The translations under genes and the position numbers were made by a program. From a virus, in the IMG/VR virus record IMGVR_UViG_3300024496_000012: DNA of 64,000 bases. The stretch is one strand, 5' to 3'. Numbering within the stretch: the first letter of the stretch is position 1; every line of letters begins with the position of its first letter. The notes beneath the pieces are model-generated. The model made no database searches, was not told the origin of the DNA, and was given only the letters and a program-made list of their open reading frames with translations. Of the stretch, positions 8,989 to 17,924 are shown one piece after another.

Positions 8989-9389
8989 AAAGATTATTAG
9001 CAATATTCTTACTAACACAGGCACTAACAGGCTGTGCGTTGTATGATGCGTACTTCATGGCCAGATTTGATAATAACGAATATTCATTGATCAACAGAAT
9101 ACGCACAGAAGCCAACCTAGGTGCTGCCAAATGCGGCAAGCCCGAAGTTGTCGAAGTAGTAGATCGTATGTGGTACACCGCAGTTGAGTTTAGAAACTAC
9201 AGTCAATCTATTCCGCATAACGAAGAAACAACAAAAATGGGCAATGAGCTAGCTGAGATAGTAAAAGGGCTCAGCGAAAGATATCATGGCAAAGAGCCAG
9301 TTAGTATGATGTATTGTACTACCAAGTTTAGTAGTATCGAACGTAATGCTGTTAACATCCAAAACGTCGTAGGAGCGAAACCAAGATGA
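8985..9389 (+). CDS. Second lipoprotein of unknown function
   Basis: Signal peptide with ALTGC lipobox. Confidence 0.7.
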   Translation: MKRLLAIFLLTQALTGCALYDAYFMARFDNNEYSLINRIRTEANLGAAKCGKPEVVEVVDRMWYTAVEFRNYSQSIPHNEETTKMGNELAEIVKGLSERYHGKEPVSMMYCTTKFSSIERNAVNIQNVVGAKPR

Positions 9390-9640
9390 GTCAAGAAGTA
9401 CACCAACAACTAGAATCAATCTACAATACCGGCGACCCTAATCTTCAAGATCTAGCAAACAGAGCTTTGGGTCTCAAGACCATGCTAGAGCAAGGGCAGA
9501 TCAGCAAGAGCGAGTTTACAGAACTCGTTAACGATCTGTACCACGAAAAGAATATCAACGAAGCTGTACAAGATCTAAGATTAAAAGAGCAGATAAATAC
9601 AGCTATGAATGCGCTGATAAGTTTAGCAGCACTATATTAA
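9386..9640 (+). CDS. Hypothetical protein with SHOCT-like helix
   Basis: LKTMLEQGQISKSEFTE pattern. Confidence 0.55.
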   Translation: MSQEVHQQLESIYNTGDPNLQDLANRALGLKTMLEQGQISKSEFTELVNDLYHEKNINEAVQDLRLKEQINTAMNALISLAALY

Positions 9641-9657
9641 TACATTAAGGAGCGAGA

Positions 9658-10248
9658 ATGGCATTAGTCGACTCAGTTTTAAATATCTTTACAAAGCAGT
9701 CTAAGGACGGCGGCTCAAGTTACGAGCAACTTAAACCTAGCTCACGCAGCGAGCGCGAAGCAAAAATCAAAGACAAGGCTGGTTTAGTTATTAACGTTTT
9801 CGCTCTACTATTAGCAGTTAATACATGGTACGGTGGAAAATTAAGTTCTACCATACTCAACAATACGATTGCAGCGAATGATACCTATGCTTTCTATCAA
9901 GCAAAGAGCTTGAAGAAGACTATGGCAGAATATGCTGCCGACGATGCTGCTGCTCGCAGCGATAAGAAAAGAGCAGATGAACTACGTGCCAAGGCAGACC
10001 GTTATCAGAACGAACCTAAAGAAGGTATGACTGATCTTCTCGCTAAAGCACAAAAACTAGAACACGAGCGCGATGAAGCAAAACTACGTAGTCCATGGAT
10101 TGGCTATGCTAATACTGCATATCAACTAGCGATCGTGTTGTTGTCAGCAAGTATTCTTGCTGTGAGTATGCCGCTGTTCTGGGGTAGCTTCGGAGTAGCA
10201 GCAATAGGTTTGTTATTAAGCAGTCAGGGTGTTCTACTCTGGCTATAA
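9658..10248 (+). CDS. Membrane protein, DUF4337-like
   Basis: TM segments flanking a helical soluble region with AFYQAKS motif; family from memory. Confidence 0.6.
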   Translation: MALVDSVLNIFTKQSKDGGSSYEQLKPSSRSEREAKIKDKAGLVINVFALLLAVNTWYGGKLSSTILNNTIAANDTYAFYQAKSLKKTMAEYAADDAAARSDKKRADELRAKADRYQNEPKEGMTDLLAKAQKLEHERDEAKLRSPWIGYANTAYQLAIVLLSASILAVSMPLFWGSFGVAAIGLLLSSQGVLLWL

Positions 10249-10258
10249 GGAGAAGATT

Positions 10259-10372
10259 ATGTTAGAAACTATTTTTTGGTTAGCACTAGGTGCTTTTATA
10301 GGTTGGAACTTTCCTCAGCCAGAGTTTGCAAAAACTATCCAGGCTAAAGTTCTAGGCATATTCAAAAAATAA
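10259..10372 (+). CDS. Small membrane protein, 37 aa (not in ORF track)
   Basis: AAGGAG SD; MLETIFWLALGAFIGWNFPQPEFAKTIQAKVLGIFKK. Confidence 0.75.
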   Translation: MLETIFWLALGAFIGWNFPQPEFAKTIQAKVLGIFKK

Positions 10373-10391
10373 ACTTAAAAAGGAGCGAATA

Positions 10392-10943
10392 ATGGCAACG
10401 CAAGAAGAGTACGCAAATATGAGTGATGCAGAAAAGAAAAAAGAAGATTGGATGAACAGTAAATGGCGTCCAATGATGGGATGGTTGTACATGGGTGTTT
10501 GCGCCTTTGACTTCGTGCTATTTCCTATCATGTGGAGTCTACTACAGGCAATAATGAAAGTAGGCACCATTACCCAATGGCAACCATTGACTTTACAAGG
10601 TGCGGGTTTATTCCACATCGCGATGGGTGCCGTTCTAGGTATAGCGGCATTGGGTCGCACACAAGAAAAACTAGCAGGAGCAAACAATGGCGGAGCAGCA
10701 ACACCAGCACCAACAGGCTTTAGCGTACCTCCAGCAGCACCAAGCGGTTTCCAGGCACCAGCTTCGACAGGTTTCGGAGCAACAGGCGCCCCAGGAGGCT
10801 TTAGCTCAGGCGGCTTTGGAAGCACACCTAGTCCAACACCAACAACAGGCTTTGGTAGCAGTACAGGATTTGGAGCGCCAGCGACTCCGGCCGTAACAGC
10901 AAGTGGTAAAAAGATCGTTCCAACAGACGATCCAGTTCTATAA
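10392..10943 (+). CDS. Holin-like protein (GTA_holin_3TM-like) with low-complexity xGF-repeat tail
   Basis: NSKWRPMMGW motif, hydrophobic helices, position in lysis cassette. Confidence 0.65.
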   Translation: MATQEEYANMSDAEKKKEDWMNSKWRPMMGWLYMGVCAFDFVLFPIMWSLLQAIMKVGTITQWQPLTLQGAGLFHIAMGAVLGIAALGRTQEKLAGANNGGAATPAPTGFSVPPAAPSGFQAPASTGFGATGAPGGFSSGGFGSTPSPTPTTGFGSSTGFGAPATPAVTASGKKIVPTDDPVL

Positions 10944-10952
10944 GGAAACACT

Positions 10953-11009
10953 ATGTTTAACACAGACGAAGGCTGTCCAGTATGTGGCGGCAAGCATCCA
11001 AAAAAATAA
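10953..11009 (+). CDS. 18-aa CxxC micro-peptide (not in ORF track)
   Basis: TAAGGA SD; MFNTDEGCPVCGGKHPKK. Confidence 0.5.
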   Translation: MFNTDEGCPVCGGKHPKK

Positions 11010-11020
11010 AGGAAAATATC

Positions 11021-11212
11021 ATGAAATACATTTTAGCACTAATGATCTCGTTGGGCTTACTAGCTGGTACAACAACAGCGTATGCAGGCGGCGAAGTTAA
11101 AGAAGTCTGTAAAGAAGTCGAAAAGAAGGGCAAAAAAGTCCAGGAATGTAAAAAAGTCAAAGTACATAAAAAAGTAGATGGCGAAAAAGTTCCCGACGGT
11201 AAGAAAAAATAA
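11021..11212 (+). CDS. Small exported Lys-rich protein with two Cys
   Basis: AAGGA SD before ATG 11021; signal peptide ending AYA. Confidence 0.7.
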   Translation: MKYILALMISLGLLAGTTTAYAGGEVKEVCKEVEKKGKKVQECKKVKVHKKVDGEKVPDGKKK

Positions 11213-11237
11213 CGAGCTCAGTAAATCTCCATTAAAT

Positions 11238-11269
11238 AATAGGACTACTTGACGTAGTCCTATTTTTTT
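11238..11269 (+). terminator. Rho-independent terminator closing the lysis operon
   Basis: AATAGGACTAC-ttgac-GTAGTCCTATT followed by a T run. Confidence 0.8.
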
Positions 11270-11277
11270 CGTATAAT
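11249..11277 (+). promoter_or_regulatory. Sigma70-type promoter for dnaJ-def-clpA
   Basis: TTGACG-17 nt-TATAAT. Confidence 0.75.
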
Positions 11278-11286
11278 GTGAGAACC

Positions 11287-12144
11287 ATGGATTATTATTC
11301 AACACTAGGATTGCAAAGAGGTGCTTCCGACGAGGAGATAAAAAAAGCCTATAGAAAAATGGCTATGAAATATCATCCTGATCGCGGTGGGGACCAAAAT
11401 AAGTTTAAAGAAGTCTCTCAGGCTTATGAGTTTCTAAGCGACCCTGAGAAGAAACGAATGATCGATTCGGGTATCGATCCTAATCAGCCTAACCCGGGAG
11501 GTTTCCACTTCCATCAAGGACAGGGGAACCCATTCGAGTTCCATTTCAACACAGGTACTCCTTTTGATGATATTTTTGGTAACTTTGGCTTTGGGCAAGG
11601 TTTCGGTGCGAGGCCACAACCAAAGAATAAGAGTTTCAGCATTAACATCGAAGTTACTCTAGAAGAAGTTCTAAAAGGCAAAGAGCTTAATGCCGAAGTA
11701 GGTGTCCCTGGCGGAAAGAGCAAAATGATTAATATTTCTATTCCTGCAGGAATAGAACACGGCCAGCAGATACGCTTCGAAGGGATGGGCGATAACAGCA
11801 TCCCTCATCTTAGAGCCGGCGACCTATTAGTAAATGTTTTTGTAAGACCGCATCCTGTATTTAGGAGAGATGGCAGTTCATTGATAGTAGAGCATAGAGT
11901 TAGCGTGTGGGATGCTATCATAGGATCTAAAGTTGATATAAGAACTCTAGATGGAAAACAACTTAGTATAAATGTTCCTCCGGGAACACAGCCCGATACT
12001 ACATTGAGCTGCAGAGGTGAGGGGCTGCCAGATATAAGAACTAGACAACGTGGAAATCTGTTGATACATATCAATATAGAAATCCCAAGAAATCTTTCAC
12101 CATTACAGATAGCTAGAATAGAACAACTTAAAAATGAACTTTGA
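11287..12144 (+). CDS. dnaJ: DnaJ-class (CbpA-like) co-chaperone lacking the zinc finger
   Basis: J domain with HPD, G/F-rich linker, C-terminal DnaJ domains (GDLLV, GNLLI). Confidence 0.9.
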   Translation: MDYYSTLGLQRGASDEEIKKAYRKMAMKYHPDRGGDQNKFKEVSQAYEFLSDPEKKRMIDSGIDPNQPNPGGFHFHQGQGNPFEFHFNTGTPFDDIFGNFGFGQGFGARPQPKNKSFSINIEVTLEEVLKGKELNAEVGVPGGKSKMINISIPAGIEHGQQIRFEGMGDNSIPHLRAGDLLVNVFVRPHPVFRRDGSSLIVEHRVSVWDAIIGSKVDIRTLDGKQLSINVPPGTQPDTTLSCRGEGLPDIRTRQRGNLLIHINIEIPRNLSPLQIARIEQLKNEL

Positions 12145-12631
12145 ACTAGGACCACACGACAGTCTCGTAGAAAAAAGCACACCATGGGATTTTTCATCCG
12201 ACGGTGATGCTAAACAGTTAGAAAAAGACATGATTGATTTCATGATCGCCAGCAACGGCATTGGTCTCGCTGCTAATCAAATAGGATTGACCAAGCGAGT
12301 TTTTGTTATGGGTAGTAATAGTATTAAAGACTTTCCTGCACCGTTTGCTGTGTTTAATCCTGTTATTAAAGAAGTAAGTGAAGAACAGGTCCTAGATCAA
12401 GAAGGCTGTCTAAGTTATCCCGGTCTATATCTTAAGGTTAAACGTCCAGCATGGATCGTAGCCGAATATCAAGACAGTGAAGGAAACCTTAAAGAAATCA
12501 AAGTAGATGGATATCTCTCTAAATGTTTTCAACATGAATACGATCATTTAGAGGGCATTTGTTTTGTTGACAAAGTAAGTAGAATGAAGTTAGACTTAGC
12601 TATGAAGAAGGTAAGGAAAATAAAAAAATGA
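12134..12631 (+). CDS. def: Peptide deformylase
   Basis: GIGLAANQIG, EGCLS, QHEYDHLEG motifs. Confidence 0.95.
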   Translation: MNFELGPHDSLVEKSTPWDFSSDGDAKQLEKDMIDFMIASNGIGLAANQIGLTKRVFVMGSNSIKDFPAPFAVFNPVIKEVSEEQVLDQEGCLSYPGLYLKVKRPAWIVAEYQDSEGNLKEIKVDGYLSKCFQHEYDHLEGICFVDKVSRMKLDLAMKKVRKIKK

Positions 12632-14973
12632 TCGAACCCAGCCAACAACTACAACTTATTTTTGAAAACTCCGTTTCTGTTGCCAAGCAGCTCAATCACG
12701 AATATGTGACTATCGAGCATCTATTGTTTGGCATCGTCAGCGACGAGGATTCATTTAAACTGCTCGAAGGGTTTGGTGCTGATGCTCTGTTTATAAAAAC
12801 CAACATCGAGCATTATATAAAGAACAATCTTAATGATATCAAAACAACTGATCCTAATACTCGTCCTAGAAAAACCAATAGTGTAGAGCGTGTTTTAAAT
12901 CGTTGTTTTACACAGGTACTGTTCAGCGGCCGTCAGCGTATGGAAGTAGCTGATGTTATCATCAGTATCCTTAGTGAAAAGAATAGTTTCGCATTTTACT
13001 TCCTGCAGAAGGGCGGGGTCACTAAAGAAAAGTTTGTCAAGTACTTCCAAGAAAATGTAGCTGTACACGAAGACGAAGAAGAATCACCACAACAAATAAC
13101 AACTACCTCAGGAGCGGATAGAATCTTGAATCAATACTGCACGAACCTTAGCTTGCGAGCAAAACAAAAAGCTATTGATCCTGTTATCGGAAGAGACGAG
13201 GAACTAGAAAAAACACAACTCGTTCTAGCACGTAGGAACAAGTGTAATGTATTAATGGTAGGAGATCCTGGCGTAGGTAAGACTGCTATTGCAGAAGGTC
13301 TTGCACGTAAAATCTTTGAAAAGAAAGTACCGAAGTTTATTCAAGATCACACAGTCTATGCATTAGACATCCCTGCGTTACTCGCAGGCAGCAAGTATCG
13401 TGGTGACTTTGAAGAACGCATTAAGGCTGTGCTAACTGCACTCGAACGCAAAGGCAAGATTATTTTATTCATCGATGAAGCACATATGATGAACGGTGCA
13501 GGTTCTGCTAGCCAGAACAGCAACGACCTTGCTAACATTCTTAAGCCTGTATTGACTAAAGGTATCATTAAACTCATTGCTTCAACTACTTGGGAAGAAT
13601 ATCGCAAGTACTTTGAAAAGGATCGTGCGCTGATGCGTCGATTCCAACGTATTACTATTGATGAGCCAACTCCAGAGTTGACTGTTAAGATCATCAAAGG
13701 AATCCGTAAGTATTACGAAAAGCACCATAACGTCAAAATCACTGATGCTGCTATCGAACAGGCAGTAAAACTATCGATCAAATATATGGCAGATAAGAAG
13801 TTGCCAGACAAGGCCATTGATATTATTGACTGTGCCTGCGCTCGTTACAAGATCAAGGATGATGAGACAATGGAAGGCGTCGAGCAGATTGTTGATCTAG
13901 AACAGGTAACCTATGAGCTTAGTAAAATGATCAGTATGCCGCTAGAAACAGTAGCGCAGAAAGAATCAAAGAACCTTGCTGACCTCGAAGATGGGTTGAA
14001 GGCTTCTGTGTTCGGTCAAGAAGATGCTGTTCAGATTCTGCTTGATAAGATCTTTGTTTCGCAAGCAGGTATGAAAGCACCAAACAAGCCTATTGGCAGT
14101 TTCTTATTCCTAGGTCCCACAGGTACTGGTAAAACAGAAACAGCTAAGACTCTAGCCGACAAAATGGGCATGGAACTTATTAGGTTTGATATGGGCGAAT
14201 ATCAAGAAAAGCATTCAGTTGCACGTCTGATCGGTGCACCTCCTGGATATGTAGGTTACGAAGATAACGCAGGTATGCTTATTACCAAACTACAAGAACA
14301 TCCTAATGCTATTCTGTTGCTCGACGAAATCGAAAAAGCACATCAAGATGTAAGCAATATCCTATTGGCATTCATGGATAATGGATTTGTTACAGGCAGC
14401 AACGGTAAAACCGCAGATGGCCGAAACACTATCCTTATCATGACGTCAAACTTAGGTGCAGCAGATAATGAACGCAACACTATCGGGTTTGGCGATTTGG
14501 CCAAAGATGGTGAAGATGATAAAGCGGTCAAGAAGTACTTCGCACCAGAGTTCAGAAATCGTTTAGATGCTATTGTTAAGTTCAAGAGCCTTGAGCCAGA
14601 AGTGGTTATTCAGATCGTTAAAAAGTTTGGAAAAGAACTCAACGATCAGCTTAAAGATAAAGGCATCGAAATCGTTATCAACAATGAAGCTGCTAAATGG
14701 TTGGCCGAAAAAGGTTACAATAAAAAGATGGGTGCTAGACCGTTGGCCAGATTGATCGATAACGAAATCAAGAGTCCATTGAGTCGTCGTGTGCTGTTTG
14801 GTGATCTTGTCAACGGTGGACGAGTGACTGTTTCAGTAAATGATAATAAACTCGAGTTTACAGTGAGCGAACTAGTTAAACCTTTAACCAAAGAGCAGAG
14901 AAAAGCTGCTAAACTACTGGCATTAGAAAATGGAACATCTGACCAAGACAACCAATCGGAAGTTCTACAATAA
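12628..14973 (+). CDS. clpA: Clp protease ATP-binding subunit ClpA
   Basis: HEYVTIEHLL N-domain, two AAA+ modules (GDPGVGKT, GPTGTGKT), IGF ClpP-docking loop, no ClpB/ClpC-length middle domain evident. Confidence 0.9.
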   Translation: MIEPSQQLQLIFENSVSVAKQLNHEYVTIEHLLFGIVSDEDSFKLLEGFGADALFIKTNIEHYIKNNLNDIKTTDPNTRPRKTNSVERVLNRCFTQVLFSGRQRMEVADVIISILSEKNSFAFYFLQKGGVTKEKFVKYFQENVAVHEDEEESPQQITTTSGADRILNQYCTNLSLRAKQKAIDPVIGRDEELEKTQLVLARRNKCNVLMVGDPGVGKTAIAEGLARKIFEKKVPKFIQDHTVYALDIPALLAGSKYRGDFEERIKAVLTALERKGKIILFIDEAHMMNGAGSASQNSNDLANILKPVLTKGIIKLIASTTWEEYRKYFEKDRALMRRFQRITIDEPTPELTVKIIKGIRKYYEKHHNVKITDAAIEQAVKLSIKYMADKKLPDKAIDIIDCACARYKIKDDETMEGVEQIVDLEQVTYELSKMISMPLETVAQKESKNLADLEDGLKASVFGQEDAVQILLDKIFVSQAGMKAPNKPIGSFLFLGPTGTGKTETAKTLADKMGMELIRFDMGEYQEKHSVARLIGAPPGYVGYEDNAGMLITKLQEHPNAILLLDEIEKAHQDVSNILLAFMDNGFVTGSNGKTADGRNTILIMTSNLGAADNERNTIGFGDLAKDGEDDKAVKKYFAPEFRNRLDAIVKFKSLEPEVVIQIVKKFGKELNDQLKDKGIEIVINNEAAKWLAEKGYNKKMGARPLARLIDNEIKSPLSRRVLFGDLVNGGRVTVSVNDNKLEFTVSELVKPLTKEQRKAAKLLALENGTSDQDNQSEVLQ

Positions 14974-15604
14974 GTGGAACTATAAGATAACGGTTTATCA
15001 ACCTGGGGCTCATGTCTTTAGGTATTCTCTAGATCAGGCTCGCGTTATCTGCGATAGCGCGACTCCCAGTGAACATCCTTACAAGAGCAACAACCGTCTT
15101 AATAAAATCTTTGTCAATAAAGATGACCTTTTTGGCATGATTGATATCCTTGAAAAGATTGACAGCACAAAATGGTTTAAGCGTATTGAAGGTGAAAAAC
15201 TAGACATCTATACCAATGATAGAGACATTTATGATGATCTATCCCTAAAGTTTAAAGATAAACTGACTCATAGGTTCCAGCCAGGTTCAGACGAAGATTT
15301 ACTAGATGACTACGTAATAGTTTCTAAAAAATACCCGCACGATATCTATCAGTATCGTGTCTATCTGCTTCCACATAAGTTGAAAAACGATAAACTAGCT
15401 AAGGAGCAGTATCTTAAATGGGTGAACTCTCAGGCTCCTAAGATCCGCTGTACAGAAGCTGTGAACAAGTGGTTCATGTATACTGACTGGAACTGGGATC
15501 GTAGATACGTGCTAGTGGACTCTGAGCAGACTCTGCTGATGTTAAAACTTAGAAACTCCGAAGTAGTAGGCCGAGTTTACAAATACATTATCTCCGATAA
15601 ATAA
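14930..15604 (+). CDS. Hypothetical protein
   Basis: Long coupled ORF. Confidence 0.7.
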   Translation: MEHLTKTTNRKFYNKWNYKITVYQPGAHVFRYSLDQARVICDSATPSEHPYKSNNRLNKIFVNKDDLFGMIDILEKIDSTKWFKRIEGEKLDIYTNDRDIYDDLSLKFKDKLTHRFQPGSDEDLLDDYVIVSKKYPHDIYQYRVYLLPHKLKNDKLAKEQYLKWVNSQAPKIRCTEAVNKWFMYTDWNWDRRYVLVDSEQTLLMLKLRNSEVVGRVYKYIISDK

Positions 15605-15607
15605 TTG

Positions 15608-15961
15608 ATGACCAACGAAATCAAAACTCTACTGCCCGCTACATCAACTCCAGGAAACTTTACCGGCACACAGCAAAAAGGTGCCGGGTATCAGACTGGG
15701 TATGATAGCCTACATACTATCGTTTTTTACTTTAAAAACTGGTCTGGTGAGGTGAAAATACAAGCTACTCTAGCACTGTATCCGGGCGATGATGATTGGT
15801 TTGACCTCAAAGATACTGACGATAATGATGCTATGCTAGGTGACGGGTCTACTGACTACGATGACTCGTATACTATAAATGTTAAGGGTAGATTCGTATG
15901 GCTTCGTGCTATAGGTACCATTAACAGCGGTGAAATCACCGAGATCCGTTATAATTACTAA
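15608..15961 (+). CDS. Hypothetical beta-rich protein, probably structural
   Basis: TAAATA at 15598-15603 just upstream of ATG 15608. Confidence 0.65.
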   Translation: MTNEIKTLLPATSTPGNFTGTQQKGAGYQTGYDSLHTIVFYFKNWSGEVKIQATLALYPGDDDWFDLKDTDDNDAMLGDGSTDYDDSYTINVKGRFVWLRAIGTINSGEITEIRYNY

Positions 15962-15975
15962 CCGGCACTAAACGA

Positions 15976-16008
15976 TAAATATAGTATGACCTCGTGAGGG
16001 AGTACTAT
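15976..16008 (+). promoter_or_regulatory. TAAATA late-like promoter followed by a hairpin covering the SD and start codon
   Basis: ATAGTA/TACTAT outer stem and CCTC/GAGG inner stem. Confidence 0.5.
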
Positions 16009-16999
16009 GAGAGACCTTTTATCTAAAATAGATAATATTATAGCAGAAACAGAGCTTAAGAGCCCAGAAGATCTGCAGGCAAAACGCAAGGCCCTGCAGG
16101 ATCTACAGATGGATCCTATCGCTAGCAAAGATCCAGAAATCCGCCAAGCTATTATACAACGAAAGAACGATCTAGAACGTGAAGCCAAAGCCAAAGGTTT
16201 TGGAGAATCTGCATTCCAGATAGGCGACGATTTTGGTATTAGCTTTAATGAAGATTTAGAAATAGCCACTGAAATCGTAGGATTTACTGAAGATGGCATC
16301 GTTATCGATCTTGATGATACAGCACTTGAGCACTTATCAAGAAACGGTATACACTTCCTAGAAGGATTCCTAGAAGAAGGCCTCAAAGATCCCAAAGATA
16401 ATCCATGTTGGAAAGGATACCATCCAGTGGGTACAAAGAAGAAGGGCGGCAAAACCGTACCTAACTGTGTACCAGAAGCCGCTAATCCTGCACAGCAGGC
16501 AGCTATAGCTATCAACATGAAGAAGCATCACAAAACTCCTAAACACGAGGGTTCCGATGCTGAATATGATGATGAAGCCGGTATGGCCGACAATAATCTC
16601 GAAACTATGAAACGTGCTGTACAAGGTCTAGACGATCTTATACACGCAGGTGATAATCTACCAGAATGGTGCCAAGAAAAAATAGCTGTAGCAAAGAGTA
16701 TGCTAGTCGCTGTATGGGATTACATGCAGTCAGAAGAGCAGACAGAAGGCATCGAGAACGAAGCAGAGTATCACGGTAAGAATGTACCGCTAGGTAAGAA
16801 ACTGCCAGGCGACGTTAAGAAATCAAAAGTATATGTACGCAAGCCAAACGGCAATATCGTCAAGGTAAACTTCGGCGATAAGAAGATGCGTATCAAAAAA
16901 TCAAACCCTAAGAGACGTAAATCATTTAGAGCACGTCACAACTGTAAGAATCCAGGACCACGTTGGAAAGCACGTTACTGGTCGTGTAGGAGCTGGTAA
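16007..16999 (+). CDS. Modular probable internal head protein (C-terminal DUF6321-like basic domain)
   Basis: CWKGY...VPNCVPE module; VNFGD...SFRARHNC...RYWSCRSW domain; modules bounded by Glu. Confidence 0.65.
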   Translation: MRDLLSKIDNIIAETELKSPEDLQAKRKALQDLQMDPIASKDPEIRQAIIQRKNDLEREAKAKGFGESAFQIGDDFGISFNEDLEIATEIVGFTEDGIVIDLDDTALEHLSRNGIHFLEGFLEEGLKDPKDNPCWKGYHPVGTKKKGGKTVPNCVPEAANPAQQAAIAINMKKHHKTPKHEGSDAEYDDEAGMADNNLETMKRAVQGLDDLIHAGDNLPEWCQEKIAVAKSMLVAVWDYMQSEEQTEGIENEAEYHGKNVPLGKKLPGDVKKSKVYVRKPNGNIVKVNFGDKKMRIKKSNPKRRKSFRARHNCKNPGPRWKARYWSCRSW

Positions 17000-17337
17000 T
17001 GTTACTGAGAGAAATGTTTAGTCCAATCGGCGGACCGAAAAAAACCGAAGAGCCCGAAATCGATTGGGGAGATGATTTGAAGTTTTATATCGATAATGAT
17101 TCTGACCTATTGGCAAATCATCTATTTCCTGCTATAATGAAACATCAACAGTTTCACGGAAGGCCCGATGCTTACAAGTTTTATATCAAACCGTTAGAAC
17201 ATTGCTGCGAGGATTACTGTGCAAAATTTGATATTAATGATAAGAATAAGAAGTTTACTCCAGAAGTTATTATCGACCTTGCTAAAAAAATAGCAGAAGA
17301 ACAACACAAACATATTGAAGAAGGGCAGTATAAGTGA
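16999..17337 (+). CDS. Hypothetical protein, probable head protein
   Basis: MLLRE N-terminus. Confidence 0.65.
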   Translation: MLLREMFSPIGGPKKTEEPEIDWGDDLKFYIDNDSDLLANHLFPAIMKHQQFHGRPDAYKFYIKPLEHCCEDYCAKFDINDKNKKFTPEVIIDLAKKIAEEQHKHIEEGQYK

Positions 17338-17924
17338 GATTCAGAGAACTTTTCGAAGACGGGTCTAAACACGTTTCTTTCTGCTTTGGCAGGATGAATC
17401 CTCCCACATTGGGCCACGAAAAGTTAATGGACACTGTTGCTTCAGTCGGCGGCGATTATCGTATATTTCCTAGCAGGACACAGGATAAAAAAGAAAATCC
17501 TTTAAGTCCAGAGGATAAAGTAAGATTTATCAAACAACTATTTCCGCAACATGCAGGAAAGGTAGTTGATGATGCTAATCTTAATACTATAGGAAAAGTT
17601 TGCTCTTATCTATACGATCAAGGTTATAAACATGTAACATTTGTAGCTGGTGATGATCGACTACCAGTTATGGGAAAGTTAATAAAAGACTACAACGGTA
17701 TCGAAGGGAAAGCACACGGGTTTTATGATTTTGAAACTATTGATTTAAAATCAAGTGGTGCTAGAGATCCAGATAGTCCCGGTGTCGAAGGAGTGAGCGC
17801 AAGTAAAGCAAGAGCTGCGGCTGCAAACAATGATCTTCAAGGATTTGCAGAAGCAACGGGAGCAGGTGAACTAGCTGAAGAAATGTTTGCATTGGTCAGA
17901 AAAGGTATGGGAATAAAACAATGA
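17334..17924 (+). CDS. HIGH-superfamily nucleotidyltransferase (phage cytidyltransferase-like)
   Basis: FGRMNPPTLGH, VAGDDR, GVSASKAR motifs. Confidence 0.8.
   Translation: MRFRELFEDGSKHVSFCFGRMNPPTLGHEKLMDTVASVGGDYRIFPSRTQDKKENPLSPEDKVRFIKQLFPQHAGKVVDDANLNTIGKVCSYLYDQGYKHVTFVAGDDRLPVMGKLIKDYNGIEGKAHGFYDFETIDLKSSGARDPDSPGVEGVSASKARAAAANNDLQGFAEATGAGELAEEMFALVRKGMGIKQ

Noticed and set aside
10352-10993. 213-aa minus-strand ORF and the alternate-frame Q/H-rich ORF at 10687-10896
   Set aside because: Shadows of the low-complexity holin gene; no SD or recognisable motifs.
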